DNA of 58,731 bases, counting the filler, from Sluysia triapertura (lineage: Eukaryota), in NCBI GenBank assembly GCA_046118255.1. It is 4 parts of 4 records of this genome, joined end to end, with 100 filler letters (N's around TTAATTAATTAA, not from the genome) between each part and the next. Parts side by side here need not be neighbours in the genome. Positions count along the whole stretch, not along the records: positions 13,204 to 29,165 come from JBJNIA010214032.1; 3 more parts are not named here. One strand, written 5' to 3'. Below, in pieces: positions 14,426-27,954 of the stretch (position 1 is its first letter; every line of letters begins with the position of its first letter). A model generated the notes under the pieces. That model was not told the origin of the DNA. It searched no databases and saw only the letters and a list, made by a program, of their open reading frames with translations. The translations under genes were made by a program, and so were the position numbers.

Positions 14426-17400
14426 TCATTCATATTGTGCAATTTGTTCACCAATATCAGCAATTTCTTGCAAAAGAAAATCTAAATCTTCTTCTTTTAT
14501 CGATGGATTTGAAATAATTATTCGAAAAAAGTTCGGTTTGTCTAGCAATGGTTGATAACCAATCATAGTATTTCCATTTTCCATTAGAAGACCTTTAATT
14601 CGAGCTGTTATCTGAATTAAAAATGATGTGTGATAATTTTAAATTAAACTAACTCTATGAAGCATTCCTTTCTTTTCATCGTCTTTGTAATTTCGATACA
14701 TACTGGGTATATACCAAAAACAAATATTTAAATATTCAGGCTGAAATTATAAAACATTAAAATTTAAAATATATTAATTTATATAGCGCCAATATTATTA
14801 CTATAATAATAATTATTATTATAGTTCTTAATATTTTTGCAATAGGAAAAATCTTTTCTTTTTTAAATATTTCATAATTATGATTCGATGATTTCTATTC
14901 TTATGATCTCTGTATATATTATCCCTTATGATATTCACGACTTTCTCTACTATAAACATTTATAAATAATGCTTTTTAATTATAATCTTGTTTTTTGTTG
15001 GTAATCAGTTGGTAACCGAAAAAATATTATATCGATAAATTGTCTAAAACTGGGTTTAAAATAAGCCATTTTTATAATCAATGAATGTGTAATGCATTTT
15101 ACTGCACCTCAATAAATTTGATGTTGATTTTTCAGTTTTAATATTTTATTTAGTTTTCATTTTTCAATCCTTATAGTATCTTATATTTCTATATTTAATT
15201 TATTATTGCAAATATTATATAAAGACGAAGAAATTGCAACAAATATTATCAGTTTATTGAAGACCCACAATAATTACTGGTTTATATTGAAATTATTGAA
15301 GACTATTGTTAGATTTCTTGAATTAAAACTTTAAATTATATTTAATTTAGTTGGAAGAAAGAGAATTCAACAATAAACTTATTGAATAAATTAGTATAAT
15401 ACAGTATTTAAAATCATAAATTAAATTAGATGTAGTATTCCTAACATTGTTTAATAAAACTTGTGTCTTAAATAAGTCTTTTTATTTCGTTTAACTTCAA
15501 AGAAAGAAAAAGTTTGACATTTTAAATTTATAAAATAATTATAGAGCTTCCATTTCGTACATCTGTGAAGAGTAGAGACTTCAACCTTCAGATTAATTTT
15601 AAAGAATCTAATTTAAGTAATAGAATAAAAAGTCAGTAGTAAATAACAAAATAAAAGTTAGAGGTAAGACTAAATCAAAATCAGTTTACAAAAGTTATAA
15701 TAAAATAATAATTATTATTATAACACTGGTATTATTTAACTATATAATGATATTATACAACAGTCTGTTTATAATTTAAATGAAATTTTCAATATTGCAT
15801 ATTACATTTAGAATCATATTAGAATTAATTTATTATTAATATGTGATCGAAAGTTCGAAAAGTTATTTGGAACTACATAATCGATATAAGCAGCCACATA
15901 AAATGCATAACATTTTTTTTCTTATAAATTTTTAAAGACAACATTTCTTCCTTTATAAAAAATACGTTTACTAATAGTATGTCAGTTTGATGATTAACCA
16001 TATAGTACAATTACCATAAAAATATTTTTGTACTTTAAGAGTTGATATTTATTCAAATAACGATTCGAAAAACAGATTTATTTTTAGAATGTTACAAATA
16101 AAATAATGCAACGTAAAGAAATGATGTTCAACTGTGTAGAGGCTGGAACTTGTTTAATAAACATACAATTTCAGATATTTCTAAATTAGAGTCTGAAAAC
16201 AATTAATTATAAATTGTTATACTAACATTATTAACAATTTTTTAGGTTGACATTTACTTCATATTAAGATAAAATAACTGACTCGTTCAATTTTCATTTA
16301 TCAATAACTCCGCACAATACTTAATAAAATTATATTTTAAATTTTTAAATCAATCATTAATTTAGCTTTTTCTGTTAGACAAATTTGTCAAATAATTGTT
16401 AAAATAAATAGAGAGATAGGGAAATTATTGAATAGTCAAAAAATTAATAGTGTTATTAAATGGCACTATATATTTCAAACGATAATGAAAACCTATTTTA
16501 ACCCGAAAGATAAATTTTGTTCATTGTATCGAAAATAATATCATCTTAAAACTATTTGTTTAAAATTGTTTTTTGAAATAAATAAAAATTAATTTAATAA
16601 TAAATATTATATCAAATAATATTCCAAATATTTATCAAAATGCCAAAATAATAATAAATAATTACATTTTGAAGCACGATTTCAAATCCATCTTTTATTA
16701 ATAATCTTCTGTAAAAATATCTAAATTATATTAAATTATTATAATTATATTATAATTTAATAATTAATTTACAATTGTACCTATGAAGTGGCTACACTTT
16801 TTATTACTGTACTTGTAATTTAGATGCAACATTATTGAGTATTGTTTCGTGGCAGGATTTTCTACATAATAAACTTTATTTAAGTAACTTTTTCTACAAT
16901 ATGGTGAATTTATACTACACTTAAGGATCTACGTGAATAATTTATTGACATGTTCCATTATGAGAATCATACTCCGTAAATTTTTTTTCAATAAAAATTG
17001 ATAATTTACGAATTTCGGTGGATAAAACTTAATTATCGTATTTTGAAATTAAAATAAGAACACATTTGCGAAGATTTTACATTGATAGTTTAAGGAGCTT
17101 TAAATATTATGTACGTAAATAATAAGGAAATTAAACACACATTAAAATATTATAATGTCTATAATTTTAGAAAATCAATAATCGATTATAATAATAATTA
17201 TTATTATTAAAATCACTGCTGTTATATTTTTTATATTTTATTTTATTATATCTTAATTCAAATTTAATATTATTAATATTTTTATTTTAAAATCGTAATT
17301 AATTAAAAAAAACAGTCAAGGTCACAATATAACAAGAATAAATAGACACGATAAAATGATCTAAACACGTGATTGTTAAACACAAGTTTATTAAATAATT

Positions 17401-20400
17401 ATTAAAATTCATTCAAATTGTAAAACAATTTAAAGATTTCATTTAATCAATCACCATTAAAATCCTGGTTCTATTTAATTAAAGCGCCAAAATAAATTAT
17501 TGAATTAAAAAGGTTCTCTTTTCTAAGAACCATAGTAAAATATTACCAAAATTATTCATTAAACTTCTGCTTCTATTTAACAAAGAACCGCAGTAAAATC
17601 AGTGTTAAACTTCTGGTTTCATTTATTAAGGAACCATATTAATTTTTCATTAACATTTAAGATTCATTTTGGTCCGAATTTTAAGAGGATCATAATAATA
17701 TATTTAAGCATAAGATTTAAACATTAATTGTTAGGTTTATATAAGAAAATCTTTACAATATTGAAGGATATAAACTGAATAAAAGTGACTAAGGATTGAC
17801 TCAAGAATTAAAATAATATATTAAATAACCTCCATTATCTATAAATTGGACTAGCCGTAAGTCGTAAGTCTAGGATGGTAGATGGACTCACTTAATTTTC
17901 AAAACATTTTATTGTAATTCATATACGTATTATTCACGTATAGATTTAGAAAAAATTATTTCATATGAAGAAAGCTTTATGAATTGGTAAATATATTGTC
18001 CAATCGTCTACATTGTATCTACAATTATGTTATATCGTAAAGTATTAGTTATATTAGTTAAATTATTAGTACAAATTAGAGACATTTGCAATTTAAAATT
18101 GTATTCATGAATTCATAAATTGTATTCATACATTCGAAATTTTACTAATTTCATTACCTAAGTTTACTTATACGTACTTTTAATCATGGTTATTTCGATT
18201 AATTATTTCAGTAAAATTGTCTGTGTTTCAATATATAACTATTTCAACATATAAAATAATCTTAAAATCATTAATGCTCGTGTACATAATTTCGAAGTCG
18301 AAAAGTCATTCTCAGAAAAATTATGAGGTTTTTATTGGATTTTTTTACTTTTATTTTGTGAGTCCCCTACGATATTGGTATTACATAGTTAAGGGCAAAC
18401 TCGCAAGTGTCAGCGAAAGATAAAATGCAGTAATTGGAACGATAGAGAGTATTGTTTGGATTAAAATCCGCAATTATGTATGATTTTGAGAATAATCCAT
18501 CTTATAAGGATCTTGAAGTAAATTTTAACCCTATTATAAAAGGTCTACTTAATATATTCGTAGATTTTATTAGAATTTAAAACTATGTAAGTTGGTTTCT
18601 TAGTCAAAGAATATCTCTTTTCAGTTGAATATGCTTAATCCCTACAATCGTATTAATTCAATGTTGCAATGAAAGTAAAATAATCTATGAAAACTCAATT
18701 TTAATTTTATTTTCATATAAGTTTAAGACTACTACAAAAACATTCATCAAAATTTAATATATTAAAGTCGAAGTATTTTTGTTTGTTTATGACATATTTC
18801 GCTGTGAACATTTTTTAGTAATATGTTTTCAAGGTTTATTGCGTTGTTTTCTTTTCGTACTTTTAACTACTTTATACAAGTTAACTTTAACACAATAATC
18901 AAAATAATAAAGAATAAATAATAGTGTCGAAATAGGTTATTTTGTTATCAGTAAGTTTTTCTAATAATTTAAATATTATTATACATACGAGATCACAAAT
19001 ATAATAAGCATTATTCGATATTTTTTTTCTATCGTTAATTGCTAATTGTATTTGGTATTTTAAAAGAAAAACTTATAGGTGTGCCTACCATAAGGTTATT
19101 GGCTACAAATCACAAGCGAATCTCATTTGCACAATTTTGATTGAGCAAGATATTATCATGATTATTATTATTATTGTTAATATAATAAATTTTGTTATTG
19201 TAATTATTATTCTTAATATCATTATCACTATTATTATTATTACTCCTACCTCTGTCCTAAAATATGGTATAAATTTCTTTAAAAGTATGGGATTATTGAA
19301 ATTAATTAATATTTAAGCCTTTTTTTCATTTTAAATACAAATAAATGTTAGAAAATAATCAAATAGACAGAGCTGCCAAAATTAATTAAATACAAACAAT
19401 TGGCTATTTTAATTAAATTTCATCCACTGTGGGTACAAAATGGCAAACAATAACGAAAATTGTGATCAAATGTGCCGAAAAAGATCATCACAACTAACCA
19501 ATAACCAAGGTAATGGTATTTTACAAAAATTATTGCAATACAAAAAAGGAAATAAATTGCAATAGGGTGCAATAAAAATTGTTGCTGCCGATTTCGAGGT
19601 TAGTCGATTAACTGTTCCCCGAATTTGGAACATAGCTAAAACACAGTTTAGTGACAGCCAAATTTTTGCGGATGCTTCATCAAAAGAAAGAAAACCTAAA
19701 AATTATTCGGAAGATTTGACAAAAATGCAAAAATTTCCCATTAAACCGTCGTGGAACAATTCGCAGTTTAGCTGCTGCTATTGACATCCCAAAGTAAACA
19801 CTTTTAATACTTTTAAGCGTGGTACTTGATTTAAACGTATATCTTCGGCTGTTAAGTCATATTTAACAGAAAAAATAAGTTGAAGAGATTAGCATATTGT
19901 TTGAGTCATGTTTAAACCAGATGATTATTTTGAACATATGTACAACTATGTTCATATTGACAAAAAATGGTTCTACTTAACACAAACCAAACGTTCATAT
20001 TACCTTATGTTGGATGAAGAACCCCACAGAAGTTGTAAAAGCAAACGTTTCATTACGAAAGTAGTGTTCATGGAAAAATTAGTATATGACCTTTTCTCTC
20101 TCAAGAGCCGGCCAAAATAAATTCAAAAAATAGAGCAAATGGTACACTAATCACAAAAAGTATTGAGTCAGTCACAGCAAAAGAATGCAAGAAAATGATC
20201 ATGGAAAAAGTAATTCCGGCAATAAAATCAAAATTTCCAAGAAGTGAGAAGCAGCTTGATAATGCATAACCTCACTCCTTTTGTGATGACGATGAAGTTT
20301 TAAGAAAAGGGACAATATATGGTTGGTCAATCCAACCTAAATTACAACCTCCCAATAGTCCAGATTTCAGTGTATTGGATCTTGGTGTTTTCAATTCAAT

Positions 20401-22163
20401 TCAATAGTTACAACATGCAGCGTCACCGAGTACAATTGATGAATTAATTGAATGTCTACAAATTGCATTTACTGAATTAAATATAGAAAAACTCGACAAT
20501 ACATTTCTTTCACTGCAATCTTGTCTAGAAGCAACCATGTTAGCAAAAGAATGGAATTCCTCTAAGATAACCCACATCAACTTTACGATGTTCCATAGAA
20601 GCTGTTGATTCAGTGCCATCATTGTTAAATTGAAATATTCCTATTTACTTTGTTTTATTTATCTTATTTATAGTTTATTTAACTTGAATTTAAATAAAAT
20701 CGTTAAATTTGTTAAATGTATTCCATATTTTCAAACAAGTAAAAACTCCAAATGTATACCATTTTTTGGACAGAGGTGGTATTTTATTATTACAGTATAT
20801 TTTATATAAATAGTATTAAAATGGCATTCACCTTATCGAAACTATTATTTTGCATTTTTTAAAGTGGAAATTAAAATCCATTGATCTCAAAATTGAAATT
20901 ACTTTTTCTTTTACATAATTCCAACAACTCATACATAATCCAAATTCAAAAATTTTATTTATCTAAACAATTTCATATTTTGTTAACTGAGTCATCTTCT
21001 AATTTTTCAAATTGATTTTTCATTATCATTTTTTCAAAAATAATAATTATTATTATTATAATTATTAACTTAAATTTATATAAATTTATATAAATAAATT
21101 TTATAACATTAATTTTCTTTGTTATTTTTTTAAGCATCATGATTGTATTGTTAAAATAAAATTCTTATTCATCAACTCTTCATTGTTCATACAATTAATA
21201 ATCATGTGAAATGTTGAGTTGATATATTCAGATATGTGATTGTGTATTAAGTTCTTTATTGTTTGCATATTTGTTAATTCTTAATATTAATGTCTTTCTT
21301 ATTAATTTAATATAATAATTTAAGATCATCGTTGCTGTATTATTATTATGCTAATAATTATTTTTATAATTATTAACGCATATTTAGAATTATTTATTTA
21401 TAATTTTGATAAATTGCATGTCATTGGAAAATAACTAAAAAATTATACAATTTAAAAGCCAAATAAATTTAATTAACTTATTTGTTGCCAACTATGAATT
21501 TCTTGTAGGTCGACGCTTTAGTGTTACTCGAGTTTATTAGCCACTGAGATAATAAATTACTGACAATTTTATATAAATAGTTATTTAGTTTGATGAGATC
21601 TTATTAATCATAAAAAGCAGATTAATAATTAAGTTAAATAAAAGTTAATGGGGAGATAATAGTATTTAGTATCTTCAGGAAATTGTAATAAATAATAAAC
21701 TTATAAAATAAGAGACCTTTTCAAATTCTGAAAGAATATTACTAATATTCGGTCACATTTAAGAAAAAGTGCTAAAGTAATCCAAGTCAGTGTTAATATT
21801 TTTTACAGTTTAATCTTACAATATTTAAATTATCAGAAAATTAGGTGGTGTAAGTAAAATATCTGTAAAAAATACTGAATTTTACATAATATTGTTTTAT
21901 TATTACTATTATTAATTATATAATAACTTACTTTGCTAATATAAATAATCGATCAATTTGTTGTTCAAATCCCAAATCACCCTAAAAATAAAACAAAATT
22001 TTTAATTATTTACTTTCGAACGCCAAGTAAGCCATAATTTAAAAACGTCATTGTGACGTCCACATTGTATTGCTTTATCTCCAGTATCAAAACTAGTATC
22101 ATAGTTTTTATCCTTTTGAAATAAATAATCTGCCTTTAATGAATTGCATTCTTCTAAAAGACC
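14426..22163 (-). CDS. Gad1: Glutamate decarboxylase (Gad1-like, PLP-dependent group II), 3' five exons: 22163-22014, 21981-21932, 16720-16666, 14740-14654, 14611-14426
   Basis: All introns are GT-AG and phase-consistent. Translation: [50 protein letters not shown]|[17 protein letters not shown]|[18 protein letters not shown]|[15 protein letters not shown]...LHR|[36 protein letters not shown]...*. QCGRHND is typical of invertebrate GAD rather than CSAD/black (QCGRR). Confidence 0.92.
17440..17660. repeat. Degenerate ~45 bp minisatellite
   Basis: Recurring unit TTAAACTTCTGGTTCTATTTAA..AAGAACCATAGTAAA with an internal GGTTC...GAACC dyad, about 4-5 copies. Confidence 0.55.
19243..20779 (+). mobile_element. 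Full-length decayed DD39D (plant-mariner/Stowaway-parent type) Tc1/mariner transposon in a Gad1 intron
   Basis: TIRs CTACCTCTGTCCTAAAATATGGTATA and rc CCACCTCTGTCCAAAAAATGGTATAC with TA flanks. Transposase motifs [49 protein letters not shown]. Exactly 39 residues lie between the 2nd and 3rd catalytic D. Stops and frameshifts present. Confidence 0.92.
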
Positions 22164-23603
22164 CTTTATAATAATGTAAAAAATATTAATTAAAAAAAAT
22201 AAATAAGAAATAAAAGTAGTTTCAATTATAGATGATTTTAACCTAACAATAGATAAATATGCTCACATCAAAACCTCTTAATTTACCTATTATACATCTA
22301 ATAACGAATCACCACTTGGTTCAATTACGTTTTATTTAATAATTTCAATTACACCACCTTATTATCTTAATTTTACCTACAATGAATTTATCTATTTAGA
22401 CAATATTTATATTATGGGTTGTGAGACCAGCTGTATTAATCAAAATTTAGCCCATAATTTTTCAACATTCCTTAATGAAGCATATGTCCTGAATCACTGT
22501 AATATCGGGATTTTAAAGAAGTCTGAATCGATATATTATTCTCACTTTTCTTCAGTAGTTACTTTCATTTTTAATTACGATTATATTTTGTTGTTCTTTG
22601 TTATTATTTAATATAATAATTGTTACTTCTAATTCTTTTACACTGTTCATTGTAAAGTTTATTAGTTATTTTTACGGCAGAGTTTTTTGAGCTAGACCTT
22701 TATTATAATTAACATTTTTATTGTTATTATACTTTTTATATTATTTGAACATTTTTGCTATTAATATTAACATTACTGTTTTTGTGTACTATTTATTATA
22801 ATTTAATATTTATCTTTTAAATTTTTTAATTTTTATTTTGTGAAATAATAAAGAATATTAAAGGAATTTTTAGTTTTAGAAGTGAAAAATTAAAATTAAG
22901 TTTATAATTATTGTGAACCACGTGTGAGTGAATATTAATTTCCTAAGAATTTGAAGACACGAACACATTTTTACATCATTTATTTGATTTTGATTCGGAA
23001 ACTTTGGTCTGTTGCAAAACCACGATTTTTGTTTATTATCTTTAAGTTAAGACGAAGCATCTTTTTATGGAGTTAATTTTGATAATTGCTTTCACGTAAT
23101 TTTACAGGTACACCATTAGTAAGTCGTATACTGTAAACGAACTCATAATAATTAGTTATTTTGCTGTAGGTTAAGTTTTTAGGTTAAGAAAAACACCCAG
23201 CAATTTGATACGCGAGTATCAATGAATTATTTGGAATTGGAGTTTGTACAGAAAGTCCAAAAAAGAAAGAAAAAATATAGACTTATAGAAATATTGTTAT
23301 TTTGATTATCTTAGAGTTTAGTGATTTTATACACGTTGAAATGTTAGTGTTTTGATATTCGTGTGGATGGTTTTGAGTTTTTGTTATTTTATGTGAGAAA
23401 GTTTTAAACAATTAGAATGTACCACCACAGTTTGCTTTGTTACAAACGATGCATTTTTATAAATTCCACGCCTAAGAGAATAAAATGGTAAATTTTTGAA
23501 ATTAGACACTTTGTGTTTAGCTTTTTCTAATAACTCAATTGATTTATACACAGAACTTGATCAATGGGGTTATTCATTTGGCTAATTTCAGATCAATTTT
23601 ATT

Positions 23604-23963
23604 ATGAACTTCAAAATCATAATTTTAATTAACATTCAGCAAGACAATACTATAATAAATCTGTGTCGTTTATTAAAATCGAAACATCCTAACGAAGAAC
23701 CAAAAAAGAAGCTAAATAGCAAACGTCTATCTTCAAATTTATCATTAAACCATTGTGAACCTGTAGCTTGTTCTCCGAGCAACTGTAATAGCAGCACTTA
23801 TACTTGTTATGATGATTATGAAATCAGAAATGTTGGCTTTAGTGGTGATGAAAACCTTGAAAATTATCAAAGTGAATATGTTTTATTAGATAATAATGTA
23901 TCGAGAAATATATACGATGATGATAGTAGAGTTACCACTACAGAATCCTTGTATTCTAAATAA
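23604..23963 (+). CDS. Hypothetical ORF/terminal exon, convergent with the RHINO-like gene
   Basis: 119 open codons with protein-like hydrophilic composition (…KHPNEEPKKKLNSKRLSS…YDDDSRVTTTESLYSK). Possible acceptor ATTCAG ending at 23639. No family recognised. Confidence 0.35.
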   Translation: MNFKIIILINIQQDNTIINLCRLLKSKHPNEEPKKKLNSKRLSSNLSLNHCEPVACSPSNCNSSTYTCYDDYEIRNVGFSGDENLENYQSEYVLLDNNVSRNIYDDDSRVTTTESLYSK

Positions 23964-24070
23964 ATGTAGTTTACTTAGTTTTGGTTATTTGAGTAAAAAT
24001 TAAATTTTTAAACATTTTTAATTATATTTAATTAATAATGTCTGATAATAAAATACGAAAACATAATTAG

Positions 24071-24667
24071 TCACATAGGTGTATCAGGAACAAGTATTTT
24101 TCCTTTCGATTTTTTGATAGGTGTTTTTAGATTTAATAAATTGACGTATTTATCTGTTTGCAACTTTTGTTCTTCGAGTACATCATTGGATGGTGTTGCA
24201 CAATCAAATTTTGGAACTTTGACAAAATGAATTTTACCTTTTGTTTCTCCAAATTCATCTAATTCTCTACCATCATTTGAAATTGGTGTCTGATATGTAT
24301 ATTCACGATTATCAATAATTATGGTTTTTGGTAATGGGTCTGTTGGTAACAATGGTATATTATTTTTCCTTCGTTGGTTACTGACTTTAATTTCGTCAGT
24401 ATTCATTTCAGCAAAAACAGGAGATATCTAAACACAATACTTTAATTTTTCACAATAAATTATAAAATCATTACATATGTATATAAAGCTAAATTTAAAA
24501 ATAAAAATTACCCATTCAAAAGCACCGATATCACTAGCTCTTTTCCGATGAACACAGGGATACTTATCAGAAAGATAATATTCAGCAGAAAATGATTTCT
24601 TCTCATTAATAGGTTCATTTTCAAATTCTAATTCTGGAACTTTGTTTAATTTTTTTCTTTTTGGCAT
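24071..24667 (-). CDS. RHNO1: RHINO/RHNO1-like 9-1-1/TopBP1-interacting protein, two exons (24667-24512, 24427-24071), 170 aa
   Basis: An 84-nt GT-AG intron joins two ORFs in frame: MPKRKKLNKVPELEFENEP...AFEW|ISPVF...YQTP...KILVPDTPM*. Collinear with human RHNO1 motifs MPPRKK, KAPLLF, SWVSPDF, IQTP and VLVKDTP. Confidence 0.72.
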
Positions 24668-25123
24668 AATAAAAAGTAATTAACGAACAAGTAAAAAATT
24701 TATCTAAAATTAAACTTATATTAAAACTAGTGAAATTGAAATCATGTGAAATTAATGAATAATTTAATAATCTATATGCAATTGAATAACTAAACAAAAT
24801 TTAAATTTGCAAAATTATTTATTTTAATGCATTACGAAATTTAAGATGTTCTAATTACATTTTATTCTAACAAAGATTAAATATAACAAAGTTTCATGAA
24901 ATTTTAAAATAAATATCGATAAAAAGTGGCATCATATAAATAAAAATTTAAAATTATTTTATTTGAGTATAGTGTTTAATGCCTTATATAAACTAAATGT
25001 ATTATTTTATTAATAAATATAAACCATCCATTCCATGTAAAATTATTTTACACTGTTGAATTCGTTAATAGTGCATTGTTAAAAGTACCAAAAATTTCAC
25101 TGCTTAAAATTTGTTGTTTAACC

Positions 25124-25162
25124 CAGTGTTATTCAAGATGGGGGCGCGACCCACCAGTGGTG
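25124..25162 (+). mobile_element. hAT/Charlie-like MITE terminus (fragment)
   Basis: CAGTGTTATTCAA..TGGGGGCGCGACCCACCAGTGG resembles Charlie/MER5-type ends. The other end was not found. Confidence 0.4.
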
Positions 25163-25525
25163 AAGTATTCATAAAAAAATACTCTTTAAATATGAGAAGT
25201 CTAATTTTAAATAATTTTTAGTACAATTATTCTTTTATCTTATTGATATTTTCAAACGAAATTGCTTTATAATTGTTAAATTTATTGGAAATTTTGAATT
25301 AATGTAAATGGTATTAATTATTATTGTTTTAAATTGACTTTATTTGGTTTTACTAAACAAAGGTCAAGCCAGAACTAATGAATATACAACATTTAAAATC
25401 ACAAAAAAACAAATAAATTTTTTAAATCTTATCGAGAGTTTTCAACTTTGTTGGAATAAAGGTCTAAAATGCCATGCAGAATTGTGATAGTAATATTAAC
25501 TATAATAAAATAAAATTGTTAGACA

Positions 25526-25543
25526 GGGCTGATAGCTCAGTGG
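25526..25543 (+). pseudogene. 5' half of tRNA-Ala-like repeat, interrupted by the retrotransposon
   Basis: GGGCTGATAGCTCAGTGG is identical to 27883-27900 and has a homologous upstream flank (AAATTGTTAGA). RT coding sequence begins at the next base. Confidence 0.8.
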
Positions 25544-27703
25544 ACTGCAGCTATAGAGTCTTTGCTAATATCTTGAATGACCGCCTACTGGCATGGGTCA
25601 AAAGTGGCAACCTCATCAGTACACACCAAGCTGCCCTTCTCCAATCAGATGGATGCACCGAGCACAATTTCCTACTCCACTCACTTAGAGAAAAATCGCA
25701 CAAAATCGAATTACACATTGTCTTCCTCGACTTGCGAATGCATTTGGTTCGGTGCATTCGGGACTCCAACAGCAAACCTTGAACATCCTGAAGGACCTAT
25801 ACCAGGACAGCAGTACCACCTAAAAATGCAATGTCATTATAACCAAACCTGTACCGATCATATATGGAGTGAAACAAGGATGTCCATTGTCCATGACACT
25901 ATTCTGTCTGGCAATAGACTATATCAAAATAACTGATGACCTGAAATTTTCTCCATACCTTGCATATGGTGATGGCACAGGTCTCATCGGTAATACCTTC
26001 GACAGACTACAACAAATTGTCAACGGAGTTGTCCAAAATGCGAAATCAGCCAACCTCATATTCCGGCCTACGAAATGCTTCAACAACATCCCAGATTCGA
26101 GATATTCACTACTAATTGAAAATACTCCTATTACCTTTGTCGCCAGCAAAAACCAAACTCTATATCTTGGCATTCCATTTGGCAAAGTATTAATGATTTA
26201 TTAAACGAGAACATCAAATACACCGAACTAATCTCGAAGTCAAAACTGAGTACCCGAAATAAGTTATCTAATGCACAGGAACTTTGTGCAGTCCAGACTT
26301 CCGTTCCATCCAAGGAACCTGAACATCAATGTACAATTCCTCAGCAATCCCCATCCTAAAAGCACATCCAAATCAGTGAGGTACGACGAAAAGATACAAG
26401 AACTGCTGAAAGTGTGTCTTGATCTCATAAGTACCCACTGAACAAGAGTTTCTTTCTTGCACACAGGAACCATGGAGGACTCAGCCTAACCTTAGCATGT
26501 GACGACTACGTATGTCAGAACTATATATGTGTGTTCAGACTATTCAATAGTCATACACCAATAATACGCAAACTGGCAAATCGGGAAGTTATACGGATAG
26601 CTAACAGCCAGATAAATGGAGATTGTGTGGATCTTACCCAAGCTCTCGTATGGCTCAATGGAAGTTCTACGGATAAGCGCACTAGGTTGCAGACCTGCTG
26701 GTTGAAAATCTGAAATTCTATCAAGAACTTGGAACGAAAGTACCGGATCACTGCTTCATTCATCTGCTATGATAACTACAATGTCAAACTATCACTGAAG
26801 TCGGACATACTTGGCGAAAACCCAATCATCATTAGCCACTACCACAAGAATAAAGTCGGCAAATACCTTCACGATTTGATCAGCACTTGCAATACTAATA
26901 TCTGGAAGTCTCTCAAGTGCCAGGGTATCTATGTCGACTCTCTCATGAAGTACCCACTCTCCAACAAATCCCTGTCACTTGAAGTGGAAAATGATGCATG
27001 GATGTTTATGATTAAGGCCCGGAACAACATCCTTAGTCTTAATTTTAGTCCATGAAACATACGTCTCCATCTTCCAGTATTAAGTCGATGGTGTGGCTTC
27101 GAATCCGAATCCCTTCTACACGTGCTCTGTCTATGCCCTCACACAAGCACAGCCAGAACAGTCCGGCACAGCAAAATCATTAACTACATAGTAGACAAAA
27201 TGGCCCAGAAGGATTCATCTACACCAATTATCGGTGACACTCCACGACCTGACAAACAGGTCCGCCGTACTTCCTCATCGCAACTGTTTTGATTGATGTC
27301 AAAACTCCCATGGATCTGAAGAAAAATTTCGAAATAGCCCAAACCACCAATATTGCGAAGTATTCTGATCTACAGGGCAAACTGCAGGACCAACTGAAGT
27401 GCAAGGTGTCTCTGGATACATTCGTCGTTGGAGCCTTGGGTTCATGGGATCCCGAGAATGACAAGCTTCTCAAGGCACTTAGCTTCCACATGACCGAAAT
27501 CAATACCCTGGTACGACCGGAGGTGGAGTCCTCGAATAACGCATACCGCGACCATGTCCTACATGGTCCCTGAGTAGAAGAAAGAAGATTACCTTCCTTC
27601 TCTAAAAAAGAGAAAGAAGAGACTAAAACTTTTATATTAATACATGTTTTTTAATCTTTAATTCTTTGGGAAGAACATCCTAAACATATTGCGAAAAAAT
27701 AAA
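25544..27703 (+). mobile_element. 5'-truncated, decayed RLE-type non-LTR retrotransposon (NeSL/Utopia-like)
   Basis: RT motifs YRVFANILNDRL, DGCTEHNF, FLDL/NAFGSVH (frameshifted), GVKQGCPLS, LAYGDG (degenerate YADD), YLGIPF. CCHC remnant CGFESESLLHVLCLC. RLE motifs RPD, IDVKTP, KYSDL, VVGALGSWDPEN. Stop at 27573; putative 3' UTR ends in AATAAA at 27698-27703. Confidence 0.9.
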
Positions 27704-27882
27704 TTAGATACTTTTGTGATAAAATTCAAATTTTATAGATTGTATATATTTATGTATATTTTTGAGTAGACATTTACTTATAATTCATTATTTATTTTAT
27801 ATTTTATTATTCTGTTGGGGTAAAAGGCCTATAAAGTGCCAAGTAGTATAATTGAATATATTGAAAATGAAATTGTTAGATG

Positions 27883-27954
27883 GGGCTGATAGCTCAGTGG
27901 TAGAGCTTTCGAACTGCGCAGCGATGGTCCCGGGTTCGATCCCCGGTCAGTCCA
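27883..27954 (+). tRNA. tRNA-Ala(TGC)-like gene, probably a pseudogene or SINE head
   Basis: 72 nt. Acceptor stem GGGCTGA/TCAGTCC has a G3:U70 pair and discriminator A. D arm and T arm (CCGGG-TTCGATC-CCCGG) are intact, TGC sits at the anticodon position, and TTTT follows. The anticodon stem is mispaired and positions 32-33 are AC. Confidence 0.7.

Noticed and set aside
25551-27503. Multiple minus-strand and alternate-frame ORFs
   Set aside because: Shadow ORFs of the GC-richer non-LTR retrotransposon.
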